NCBI GenBank assembly: GCA_963829055.1 | Contig: CAWHHI010000012.1 | Location: forward strand, 160,001-224,000 | Length of the DNA stretch: 64,000 nucleotides | Reading direction: 5' to 3' | Source: an uncultured Gemmatimonadaceae bacterium | Lineage (GTDB): Bacteria > Gemmatimonadota > Gemmatimonadetes > Gemmatimonadales > Gemmatimonadaceae | Part shown: in pieces, positions 55,308 to 64,000 of the stretch | Layout: each line of letters starts with the position of its first letter | Numbering within the stretch: position 1 is the first letter of the stretch | Made by a program: the position numbers and the translations under genes | Notes under the pieces: model-generated | Databases searched by the model: none | Told to the model about the DNA's origin: nothing | The model's input: only the letters and a program-made list of their open reading frames with translations

Positions 55308-55433
55308 GTCATTCCGAGCGGAGCGCCGGAGGCGCGGAGTCGAGGAATCTTGCGCTCCGGCAGAGCGCCTGACGCTCGACGCGTGACCGAGGATTCCTCG
55401 ACTCCGCCGCTGCGCGGCTGCGCTCGGAATGAC
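55308..55433. repeat. REP-like palindromic element
   Basis: Outer arms GTCATTCCGAGCG / CGCTCGGAATGAC; inner arms GCGGAGTCGAGGAATC (55334-55349) / GATTCCTCGACTCCGC (55392-55407). Confidence 0.85.
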
Positions 55434-55438
55434 GCGCC

Positions 55439-55465
55439 GTGACATCGCCGTGACGCGCGTGAGAC
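55439..55465 (+). promoter_or_regulatory. Pho-box-like 11-bp-period repeats
   Basis: GTGAC 55439, GTGAC 55450, GAGAC 55461, about 100 bp upstream of the lipoprotein start. Confidence 0.6.
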
Positions 55466-55564
55466 ACAGCCACCATACGCCGGCAGTTACTTAGCCGCGG
55501 CTGCCGCGAGTGCGGATGAGCCGATCAAGGCGACACTCGACACGACATTATACCAGGGTGACCG

Positions 55565-57331
55565 ATGCTCCTTTCCGGACGTAGGATTTCGGCGTTGACG
55601 CTCGCGATGGCGACGTTCGCGCTCGCGGCGTGCAGTGACGATGACCCCACCGAGCCCACTGTTCCGCCGGTGCTTGGCGCGTCGGCCGCTCCGAATCCCG
55701 CGGCGACGACCAGCAGCATCATCGTGACGTTTCAGAGCCGAACTGGCGACAACAGCTACAACATCGAACGTGCGGAAGGCGCGACGGGCGGCACGTTCGC
55801 GCAGGTAGGCACGGTACCAGCTCCGGCAGCTCCGGTGACGGTCACGTACACGGACAATGCGTTGAAGCTGAACACGACGTACCGCTATCGCATCTTCGCG
55901 GTGCGCGGCTCGCAGACGAGCACCGCGTCGTCGGAGTTTACCGCAACGACCGCAGCGGCAGGCGGCGCCGGCAACGTCGATGTGACCGCCGATATCGCGA
56001 CCAATACGACGTGGACGAACGACAAGACATACACGCTCAAGGGCTTCATTCACGTCGCCAGCGGTGCCACCCTAACGATTCAGCCGGGCACCAAGATCAT
56101 GGGCGACTTCGCCACGCTCGGATCGTCGCTGTTCATCCTCCGCGGCGCGAAGATCAACGCCGTCGGGACGGCCGATGCGCCGATCGTCTTCACGTCGTCA
56201 CGCGCGGTGGGTCAGCGCCAGCCGGGTGACTGGGGCGGCCTGATCATCATCGGCAATGCGAAGATCAACCGGAGCGGCACGGTTTCGGTCGAAGGCACCG
56301 GAACCGATGGCTCCGCCGTGGTGAGCGGCAAGAACTACACGGTTAATTATTCTGGCGGGACCGCGGACGATGACAACAGCGGCACCCTCAGCTACGTCCG
56401 AGTGGAGTTCGCTGGCTTCGCGCCCGCGCCCGATCAGGAGCTCAACTCGTTCACGTTCGCGGCCGTCGGAAGCGGGACGCGCATCTCCTACCTCCAGTCG
56501 ATGGCCGGTCTCGACGACTCCTACGAGTTTTTCGGCGGCGGCCTCGTTGGCGATCACCTCGTATCGTACGAATCGGGCGACGATCACTTCGACATGTCCG
56601 AAGGCTTCAGGGGCAAGCTGCAGTACCTGATCGCGTTCCAGTCGACGCAGCTGACGCCGCGCACCGGTTCGGGGTCACTCGCGAGCGATCCCGAAGGGAT
56701 CGAGAACGACGGCTGCAACGGCAGCGGCTGCGACCTCGGTTTCAACTCGGCGCCATTCACGATTCCGGTGATCGCGAACTTCACGCTCGTCGGCACGGGC
56801 GACGCGGCCACGTCCGGTACCGCAGGCGGACTTGGCATGATGGTTCGTCGTGGCACCGGCGGGTACTACGTGAACGGCGTCATCGCTCGCTACCCACGCG
56901 GCGGCGTGAGCCTTCGCGATGCAGACACGTACACCCGCGCTGGCGCGACGCCCATCACGGACTTGGCGACCGCCGACCTCGCGATCAAGAACGTCCTGTT
57001 CACCGAGAACGCGACGATCTTCCAGGGCGCGAACGGCACGAACGTCCAGAACTCGCTCGACCTCGCAGGCAACTCGCTCGTGAGCAGCACCACGGCAACG
57101 GCGGCACTGTTCACAGCGTTTCCTGCGACGGTGAGCGGCACGACGACGGCGGCGGCATTCGACTGGACGCCCGCAACGGGGGCACCGATCACGACGGGCG
57201 GACTCGCGACGTTTACCGGCAAGCTCGCGACGGCTGCAGGGACGACGGTCGCCGGAACGGCCTATCTCGGAGCTGCGCAGCCGGGTGGCACGAAGTGGTG
57301 GCAGGGATGGACGATCTACGCGCGCAACTAG
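55565..57331 (+). CDS. Lipoprotein with FN3-like domain and Gly/Asp-rich (probably beta-helical) domain, TBDR partner
   Basis: Lipobox LAAC; FN3-like YTDNALKLNTTYRYRI; LTIQPGT, APIVFTS, GDWGGL, DNSGTLSYVRVEFAG, DDSYEFFGG. Confidence 0.85.
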   Translation: MLLSGRRISALTLAMATFALAACSDDDPTEPTVPPVLGASAAPNPAATTSSIIVTFQSRTGDNSYNIERAEGATGGTFAQVGTVPAPAAPVTVTYTDNALKLNTTYRYRIFAVRGSQTSTASSEFTATTAAAGGAGNVDVTADIATNTTWTNDKTYTLKGFIHVASGATLTIQPGTKIMGDFATLGSSLFILRGAKINAVGTADAPIVFTSSRAVGQRQPGDWGGLIIIGNAKINRSGTVSVEGTGTDGSAVVSGKNYTVNYSGGTADDDNSGTLSYVRVEFAGFAPAPDQELNSFTFAAVGSGTRISYLQSMAGLDDSYEFFGGGLVGDHLVSYESGDDHFDMSEGFRGKLQYLIAFQSTQLTPRTGSGSLASDPEGIENDGCNGSGCDLGFNSAPFTIPVIANFTLVGTGDAATSGTAGGLGMMVRRGTGGYYVNGVIARYPRGGVSLRDADTYTRAGATPITDLATADLAIKNVLFTENATIFQGANGTNVQNSLDLAGNSLVSSTTATAALFTAFPATVSGTTTAAAFDWTPATGAPITTGGLATFTGKLATAAGTTVAGTAYLGAAQPGGTKWWQGWTIYARN

Positions 57332-57504
57332 ACCATTCGTGTGATTCCGAGGACGCTGTCGCCCTCGGATCTCTCACCGGGAGCGATAGCTTCATCTGAC
57401 CCATTCCGTTTCAGCGTCATGACAGCGCCGTCCCGCCGTCGCCTTCTAATGACGCGCTCTCCGCAGCGATCCTCGCGTCGGGCTATCCGCGGCGTGCGAC
57501 AACG

Positions 57505-58122
57505 GTGCGTCCGTCTCGAACCGCGCGAGCGGCATCCGCTGACTCCGCCACCGCGGAGCAGCGCGCCGAGTCGGAGCGCGCGCGACAGGACTCCATCGTG
57601 CGGGCGCGGCCCGGGTACATCGTCGACAGCATCCTCCCTGTCGAAGAACAGATTCGGCGATTCCAAGCGACGCTTGGCACACGCCCAGGGGGATTTTCTC
57701 ACGGCGCGGCCACGCGAAAGGCACTCGTCGCGCAGTTCGTTCGCGCCATCGAGCGCAACGACACGACAGCGCTCACCCAGCTGGTCGTCGACCGCGACGA
57801 GTTCGGCTACCTGGTCTACCCGACGTCGCCTAACGTGGCACCGCCCTACCGCCAGGCGCCCGATCTGGTGTGGCTCATGCGCTCCGCCGGCACGGAGAAA
57901 GCCGTCACGAGATTAATGGCCCGATTCGGCGGCCGACCGCTTGGATTTGTAGGGCACTCCTGTGCCACACCGCTCGAGCGCCAGGGCGAGAACACCGTCT
58001 GGTCTCGCTGCGTCGTTCGCCGTGCCGGAGACGGAGGCAACACGACTTCGCTACGGATGTTCGGCTCGATCATCGAGCGCGGCGGCCAGTTCAAGTTCCT
58101 TTCCCTGAGCAACGGACTCTGA
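57505..58122 (+). CDS. Hypothetical protein; true N-terminus probably upstream and frameshifted
   Basis: Natural-looking ORF (PGYIVDSILP...FGSIIERGGQFKFLS) co-oriented within the cluster. Confidence 0.65.
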   Translation: MRPSRTARAASADSATAEQRAESERARQDSIVRARPGYIVDSILPVEEQIRRFQATLGTRPGGFSHGAATRKALVAQFVRAIERNDTTALTQLVVDRDEFGYLVYPTSPNVAPPYRQAPDLVWLMRSAGTEKAVTRLMARFGGRPLGFVGHSCATPLERQGENTVWSRCVVRRAGDGGNTTSLRMFGSIIERGGQFKFLSLSNGL

Positions 58123-58154
58123 CCCGACGCCACCAGACAATCAGTCAACCGAGT

Positions 58155-58208
58155 GCGACGGGCGCGTTACCCGTGCGTTGCGAGTCCGTTACAAAACCCG
58201 GATAATGT
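58155..58208 (+). promoter_or_regulatory. Pho-box-like array with a correctly spaced -10 element
   Basis: GCGAC 58155, GTTAC 58166, GTTGC 58177, GTTAC 58188, then 10 nt, then TAATGT 58203-58208. Confidence 0.7.
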
Positions 58209-58261
58209 AACGGCGCAATGGTCGAGCACCCTGCGGCCGCTCTCCAACCTCGGACAACTGA

Positions 58262-59476
58262 ATGCGTCGACTATCCGGATTGCTCTGCTGCGCCGTCACG
58301 ATTGCAGCAGCCGCTCTCTCGAATACCTCGCTCTCCGCACAGGACACCACTCGAACCACCCGTCCCGATACGGCGCGGCAACCCGCCGACACGCAACCGA
58401 CACCGCCCCCGCCGGCCCCCGCTGCGTCGCTGCCATTCGACTTCTCCGGCATCATTTACGCGAACTACCAGTACGGTGGCGTGAAGGGCAATCGCTCCGT
58501 CAATCGCTTCGAGGTCGAGCGCGCGTATCTGACCTTTCGCGCGACACCGGGCGAGCACTTTTCCATTCGCATCACGACGGACCTGTACCAGCAGCGCGAT
58601 ACCACGCGCGACCAGTACTACCGCGGGTGGGCCATCCGCGCGAAGTACGCGTACGTGCAATACGACTTCATCCGCGGCATCGGCGATGAGCTGAAGGCGA
58701 ACGTCAGGCTCGGCCTGTTACCGACCGTGATCATCGAACAGGAGGAGCAGTTCTGGCAGCGAGGCCTCTCGCAGGTGGCTATCGAGCAGAACGGGTTCTT
58801 CTCGTCGTCCGACGCCGGGGCGGCGACCACGTTCACCCTGCCGCGCAAGCGCGGCGAGTTCTACGCCTCCATCACGAACGGGTCAGGGTACGCGTCGCGT
58901 GAAACGGACCGCTTCAAGGACTACGCGGCGCGCCTCACGCTCACGCCGCTCGCGAACACGTTCGGATTCTGGAAAGGCCTAACGATCTCGCCGTGGTATT
59001 ACAATGGTGATCGCGCGAGCGACTTCGCCCGTCGCCGGGGCACGGTCGCCGCTGTGTCGAGCGCACTACGAAAAGACCGAGCGGGCGTGTTCATTGGCCT
59101 CCGCGATCCGCGAATCGTCCTCGGAGCCGAGCTCGCGCAGAAGTGGGACGTCTTTGAATCGGCAGACACCACGCGTGACATAACGCCGACGGCGGTCGAG
59201 CGAACGGCACGTGTAATCTCGCTCCACACGACGATTCGCCCGCTGACGTTCATCAACAGCGCGCCCAACTGGCCTGTCGCCATCGTGCTCCGCGCCGACG
59301 ACATCAAGCCGAACATCGATAGCGACCCGTACACCCGGAACTACATCGCCGGTCTGCAGTGGGAGTTCAACCGGCGAACGTCGTTCACGTTCGACTATCA
59401 GAACCAGGTGCCGAAGGACGGCAGCACGGCTGTGGACAACAAGGTGTACTTCCTCCACGTCATCGCCGCGTTCTGA
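58262..59476 (+). CDS. Outer-membrane beta-barrel, putative phosphate-regulated porin
   Basis: Signal peptide; NRFEVERAYLTF, KYAYVQY amphipathic strands; terminal Phe; directly upstream of pstS. Confidence 0.75.
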   Translation: MRRLSGLLCCAVTIAAAALSNTSLSAQDTTRTTRPDTARQPADTQPTPPPPAPAASLPFDFSGIIYANYQYGGVKGNRSVNRFEVERAYLTFRATPGEHFSIRITTDLYQQRDTTRDQYYRGWAIRAKYAYVQYDFIRGIGDELKANVRLGLLPTVIIEQEEQFWQRGLSQVAIEQNGFFSSSDAGAATTFTLPRKRGEFYASITNGSGYASRETDRFKDYAARLTLTPLANTFGFWKGLTISPWYYNGDRASDFARRRGTVAAVSSALRKDRAGVFIGLRDPRIVLGAELAQKWDVFESADTTRDITPTAVERTARVISLHTTIRPLTFINSAPNWPVAIVLRADDIKPNIDSDPYTRNYIAGLQWEFNRRTSFTFDYQNQVPKDGSTAVDNKVYFLHVIAAF

Positions 59477-59515
59477 ATCGTGATGCAGCCGATCAACCTA
59501 ACGAGACATCATCGC

Positions 59516-60550
59516 ATGCGAAAATTTGCAAAGCTGGCCGTCCTCTGCCTGGTGCCAGTCGCACTGAGCGCACAGGCTGACCTCACTGGGGCGGGCGCTA
59601 CGTTCCCGTATCCGATCTACTCGAAGTGGTTCGCCGAATACGCCAAGACGGGCGTGAAGATCAACTACCAGTCCATCGGATCGGGCGGTGGTATCCGCCA
59701 GCTCTCCGACGGCACGGTCGACTTCGGCGCATCGGACTCGCCGATGACGGACGGTGAGATGCAGAAGGCGAAGGGTGGCCGCGTGCTGCACTTTCCGACG
59801 GTCATCGGCGCCGTCGCGATCGTGTACAACGTGCCTGGCATCTCGAAGCCGCTCAACCTCGATGGCGGTACGGTCTCCGACATCTTCCTCGGCAAGGTTC
59901 GTAAGTGGAACGACGGCAAGATCGCCAAGCTCAATCCCGGCGTCTCGCTGCCCGCGCGCGACATTCTCGTGGTCCATCGCTCGGATGGCAGCGGCACGAC
60001 CTACATCTTCACTGACTTCCTGTCGTCGGCGAGCAAGGAGTGGCTCGCGGGACCGGGTCGGTCGAAGGAGGTGGCGTGGCCAATCGGCCTCGGGGGCAAG
60101 GGCAACGACGGCGTTGCCGGTCAGGTCAAGCAGATTCCCGGCGCCATCGGGTATGTCGAGCTGGCGTACGCGCGGCAGAATAACCTGGCCTTTGCCGCCA
60201 TCAAGAACGCGGCTGGCGCCTTCATCACGCCGTCAGTGGAATCGGCGACGGCCGCGGCAGACGGTGTCGCCGCGAAGCTGAACCCGAAGAGCGACTATCG
60301 CGTGTCGATCGTCAACGCGCCCGGTGCACAGGCGTACCCGGTGACGTCGTTCACGTGGCTGCTGGTGTATCAGGATCAGACCGATCCGATCAAGGGGAAA
60401 AAGCTCGTGGACTTCATGCGCTGGGCCCTAACGAGTGGCCAGGCGTCCGCGGCCGCGCTGGACTATGCGCCACTTCCGAAAGTGATCGCCGATCGCCTCG
60501 TCGAACGGTTAGGCACGATCCGGATGTCCGGGGCGGCGGCGACCCAGTAG
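59516..60550 (+). CDS. pstS: Phosphate ABC transporter binding protein, soluble type
   Basis: GAGATFPYP, SIGSGGG, DFGASD, HRSDGSGTT, GYVELAYA; signal peptide without a lipobox. Confidence 0.96.
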   Translation: MRKFAKLAVLCLVPVALSAQADLTGAGATFPYPIYSKWFAEYAKTGVKINYQSIGSGGGIRQLSDGTVDFGASDSPMTDGEMQKAKGGRVLHFPTVIGAVAIVYNVPGISKPLNLDGGTVSDIFLGKVRKWNDGKIAKLNPGVSLPARDILVVHRSDGSGTTYIFTDFLSSASKEWLAGPGRSKEVAWPIGLGGKGNDGVAGQVKQIPGAIGYVELAYARQNNLAFAAIKNAAGAFITPSVESATAAADGVAAKLNPKSDYRVSIVNAPGAQAYPVTSFTWLLVYQDQTDPIKGKKLVDFMRWALTSGQASAAALDYAPLPKVIADRLVERLGTIRMSGAAATQ

Positions 60551-60575
60551 CGCAGTTCCGACCCGCCGGCGGAGT

Positions 60576-60591
60576 GTGACGTGGCCGTTAC
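60576..60591 (+). promoter_or_regulatory. Pho-box-like repeat pair upstream of the second pstS
   Basis: GTGAC 60576 and GTTAC 60587. Confidence 0.55.
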
Positions 60592-60655
60592 ATGCCGTAG
60601 CTCCGCCTGTCCGGTTCGCACGACAACGTTCAGATAACTCCATTTGGAGGACGCA

Positions 60656-61757
60656 GTGACTCGTTCGACTCTATTCACCCTCGCCGCCGCTGGACTCGTC
60701 TCCACCGCCGCATGCGCGGGCAGCGATACGAAAGCTGCATCGGACTCGAGCGCCGCGAGCAGCGCGCCGTCCGCATCGACGAGCGCCCGCGTCGACCTTA
60801 CCGGCGCAGGTGCAACGTTTCCGTATCCGATCTACTCGAAGTGGATCTCCGATTACAGCGCCAAGACGGGCGTCAAGATCAACTACCAGGCGATCGGATC
60901 CGGCGGGGGAATTCGGCAACTCCAGGAAGGCACCGTCGACTTCGGTGCATCCGATGCACCGATGACCGACGAGGAACTGGCGAAGGCGAAAGGTCCCGTC
61001 CTGCACATTCCCACAGTGCTCGGCGCGGTTGTTCTGACGTATAACGTGCCCGGCCTCACGCAGCCGCTCAATCTGAGCGGCGACGTAATCGCTGACATCT
61101 TCCTCGGAAAGATCACGAAGTGGAATGACAGCCGCCTTGCGTCGCTCAACCCTGGCGTGAAGCTGCCTGCTCGCGATCTCCTCGTCGTTCATCGGTCGGA
61201 GGGCAGCGGTACGACGTACATCTTCTCCGATTATCTGACAGCGGTCAGCCCTGCCTGGGCAGCTGGCCCCGGCAAGGGGAAAGAGCTCAAGTGGCCCGTG
61301 GGCTTGGGCGGTCGGGGCAACGATGGCGTCTCGGGTCAGGTGAAGCAGACACCAGGCACGATCGGCTACGTCGAGCTCGCGTACGCGAATCAGAACAAGC
61401 TCGCGGTCGCGAAGGTGAAGAACGCCGCCGGACAATTCGTTGCGCCGACGATTGCGTCGATCACTGCGGCCGCCGCGGGCGCCGCGGAGAAGCTTCCACC
61501 GACAACGGACTACCGCGTATCGATCGTCAATGCACCGGGCGCCGCAGGCGTATCCGATCTCGTCGTTCACGTGGCTGCTCGTGTATCAGCGGCAGACGGA
61601 CGCCACGAAGTCGAAGAAGCTCGTCGATTTCATGAAGTGGGCGCTCACGGAAGGTGAAGGGTCCGCAGCGACGCTCGACTACGCACCGCTGCCGGCATCG
61701 CTCGGCGCACAGCTCATGGATCGCGTGGCATCGATTCAGGTCGGCACCGCGTCGTGA
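60656..61757 (+). CDS. pstS: Phosphate ABC transporter binding protein, lipoprotein type (frameshift near 61545)
   Basis: GGAGG RBS; lipobox TAAC; GAGATFPYP, HRSEGSGTT; YPISSFTWLL in the shifted frame. Confidence 0.94.
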
Positions 61758-62740
61758 GCGAAGTCGCTCGCCCGCTGGTCACCACGCGTCAGGACGACAC
61801 CGGGATCGCGGCACGCATCGAAGGCTCGGCCATCGGCGATACGGTGTATCGCTGGATGACGACGGCCTTCGCGTTATGCGTCCCGGTCTTGTTGCTGCTC
61901 ATTGCGCTCGGGGTCGGGACCGCGGCGTGGCCGGCGTTCAAGGCATTCGGCTTCGGGTTTCTCACCTCGAGCGACTGGGATCCGCCGCATAACGTGTTCG
62001 GCGCCGCGCCGGCGATCTACGGGACGATCATCTCCGCGATCATCGCGCTCGTGATCGCGACGCCGCTCGCGCTGGGTGTCGCGATCTTTCTGTCGGAATT
62101 CGCGCCGTCCTGGCTGCGTCAACCCGTCGCGTTTCTGGTTGACCTGCTCGCCGCGATCCCGAGCGTCGTCTACGGGCTGTGGGGCATCTTCGTTCTGCAA
62201 CCGGTGCTCCGGGATCGCGTCATGCCGTTCCTCGCAGGACTGCCGGTGATCGGGAAGTCGGCGTTGTTCGAGGGCCCGGCATACGGCCCGAGCATGTTAG
62301 GCGCCGGCCTCATCCTCGCCATCATGGTCCTCCCGTTCATCTCCGCCGTGTCGCGCGAGGTGCTGATGGCCGTTCCTCGCTCGCAGCGCGAGGCTGCGTT
62401 GGCGCTGGGCGCCACCAAGTGGGAGATGATCGCGGACGCGGTTGTGCCCTATGCACGATCGGGAATCATCGGCGGCATCATCCTTGGTCTCGGACGTGCA
62501 CTCGGCGAGACGATGGCGGTCACGATGCTGATCGGCAACGTCCACCAGATCTCGGCGTCGCTGTTTGCGCCCGGGTACACGATGGCGTCGCTGATCGCCA
62601 ACGAATTCGCGGAAGCGACGGGCGATCTCCACCTGTCCGCGTTGATGGGCGTCGGCGCTGTGCTGTTCGTGCTCACGTTGATCGTCAACGCCATCGCGCG
62701 CTGGCTCGTGTGGCGCGTGTCGCGTGAGGCGCGTTCGTGA
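61754..62740 (+). CDS. pstC: Phosphate ABC transporter permease
   Basis: LLAAIPSVVYGLWG, EAALALGATKWE, GRALGETMAVTMLIGN, IANEFAEA. Confidence 0.97.
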   Translation: MSEVARPLVTTRQDDTGIAARIEGSAIGDTVYRWMTTAFALCVPVLLLLIALGVGTAAWPAFKAFGFGFLTSSDWDPPHNVFGAAPAIYGTIISAIIALVIATPLALGVAIFLSEFAPSWLRQPVAFLVDLLAAIPSVVYGLWGIFVLQPVLRDRVMPFLAGLPVIGKSALFEGPAYGPSMLGAGLILAIMVLPFISAVSREVLMAVPRSQREAALALGATKWEMIADAVVPYARSGIIGGIILGLGRALGETMAVTMLIGNVHQISASLFAPGYTMASLIANEFAEATGDLHLSALMGVGAVLFVLTLIVNAIARWLVWRVSREARS

Positions 62741-63669
62741 CGACGTCAACGATGCCGGTCAAGCCAGGCAATCGCGGACCTCGCCCGTCCGGCGTTCAGC
62801 GTGCCGCGGCGGAGCGAACCCGCACGACACTCGGGCGGCGGCGTGTCGTGAACGTCGTGATGATCGGCGTCACGATGCTCGCCGCCGTCGTGGCCACGCT
62901 GCCGTTGATCTTCATCCTCGGCCATCTGATCAGCGCCGGCGCGTCGTCGATCAATCTCGCGTTCTTCACCGAGATCCCGAAGCCGCCGGGCGAAACCGGT
63001 GGCGGCATGGCGAACGCGATGGTCGGCACGCTGGTGCTGATCGGCGCGGCGTCGGCCGTCGGCCTGCCCGTGGGAATCGGCGCAGGGCTCTACCTCGCCG
63101 AGAATCGAGGGACGCTGCTCGCGAACGCCGTGCGCTTTCTATCGGACGTCTTGAACGGTCTGCCGTCGATCGTCATGGGCATCTTCGCGTGGCAGTTCCT
63201 CGTGAAGCCCATGGGCAAGTTCACGGCGCTGGCCGGTGGCATCGCGCTCGGCGCCATGATGATTCCGCTGGTGACGCGCACGACGGAAGAGATGATCAGC
63301 ATTGTGCCCGTATCGCTCCGCGAGGCTGCGCTGGCGTTAGGCTATTCGCGCTGGCGCACGTCGCTCGTCGTGGTGTTGCGGACTGCATTGCCGGGCATCG
63401 TCACCGGGGCGCTCGTGGCCGTGTCACGCATCGCCGGCGAGACGGCGCCGCTGCTGTTCACCGTGTTAGGCAATCAGTTCTGGTCGTTGTCGCTCCGCGA
63501 ACCGATTGCGGCGCTCCCGCTACAGATCTTCAATTTCGCGATCAGCCCGTACGACGCGCAGCATGCGCTCGCGTGGGCTGGTGCGCTGGTCCTCATTGGT
63601 ATTGTCCTCATCATCAGCCTTGCAGCCCGTTTCGCGACACGCTCCCGATTCGGCCGTGGTGGCGACTGA
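62737..63669 (+). CDS. pstA: Phosphate ABC transporter permease
   Basis: GGMANAMVGT, GLPSIVMG, REAALALG, RIAGETAPLLFT, AWAGALVL. Confidence 0.97.
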   Translation: MTTSTMPVKPGNRGPRPSGVQRAAAERTRTTLGRRRVVNVVMIGVTMLAAVVATLPLIFILGHLISAGASSINLAFFTEIPKPPGETGGGMANAMVGTLVLIGAASAVGLPVGIGAGLYLAENRGTLLANAVRFLSDVLNGLPSIVMGIFAWQFLVKPMGKFTALAGGIALGAMMIPLVTRTTEEMISIVPVSLREAALALGYSRWRTSLVVVLRTALPGIVTGALVAVSRIAGETAPLLFTVLGNQFWSLSLREPIAALPLQIFNFAISPYDAQHALAWAGALVLIGIVLIISLAARFATRSRFGRGGD

Positions 63670-64000
63670 GTCGCCGCGGGTTCCCCGCCCCACCGCGTCT
63701 GCACCGGCGGCGGCGGTGGGCGGGCCGGCTCGCGTGCGCCTCGACGCGAGCCGGCTGAGTGCGTTCTTCGGTGCCGCCGAAGTCGTACGCCAGGTCTCCA
63801 TCACGTTCCGCGATCGCGAGGTCACCGCGATCATCGGGCCATCGGGGTGCGGCAAGTCCACGCTGTTGCGCTGTCTCAATCGCATGCACGAGACGGTGCC
63901 GACAGCGCGCGTCACCGGTGCGATCACGCTCGACGGCCAGGACATCTACGCGCGCGGCGTGAATCCCATCGAGGTGCGACGTCACGTCGGTATGGTATTC
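63659..64000 (+). CDS. pstB: Phosphate ABC transporter ATPase (partial, runs off the window)
   Basis: Read manually: VTAIIGPSGCGKSTLLRCLNRMHE...VRRHVGMVF. Confidence 0.95.
   Translation, partial: MATESPRVPRPTASAPAAAVGGPARVRLDASRLSAFFGAAEVVRQVSITFRDREVTAIIGPSGCGKSTLLRCLNRMHETVPTARVTGAITLDGQDIYARGVNPIEVRRHVGMVF

Overview
High-GC (roughly two-thirds G+C by eye), gene-dense bacterial chromosome window. The gene repertoire suggests Gemmatimonadota, but that is my inference, not a database result. Many genes, including ffh and rimM, carry small frameshifts that are most simply long-read consensus errors. Contents in order: S41 peptidase; purE-purK; a divergent metallophosphoesterase/nucleotidyltransferase pair; a large ATPase-TPR-LuxR regulator; a membrane protein-wHTH-uppS-like operon with a palindromic operator; pfpI; holB-moaC; two lytic transglycosylases; a class A beta-lactamase-like protein; a GAF/PAS histidine kinase; an ArsO-like monooxygenase; tRNA-Lys(TTT) with a possible att relic; an orphan norQ/norD-like pair; an OmpA lipoprotein behind two CRP-type boxes; ffh-rpsP-rimM-trmD...rplS-rnhB; lon; a single-module Clp ATPase; pilD; trmH; thiD; a nucleotidase-add-punA operon; and, divergent from it, udk-phoB-phoR, a TonB-dependent receptor/lipoprotein/porin module and pstS-pstS-pstC-pstA-pstB with 11-bp-periodic Pho-box-like repeats. 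The strongest unexplained signal is the heptamer CCTAACG/CGTTAGG. By hand count it occurs at least 52 times, on both strands, and is written into coding sequence in several frames through rare codons, which resembles a HIP1- or DUS-like highly iterated motif. No CRISPR array, rRNA, integrase or transposase was seen.
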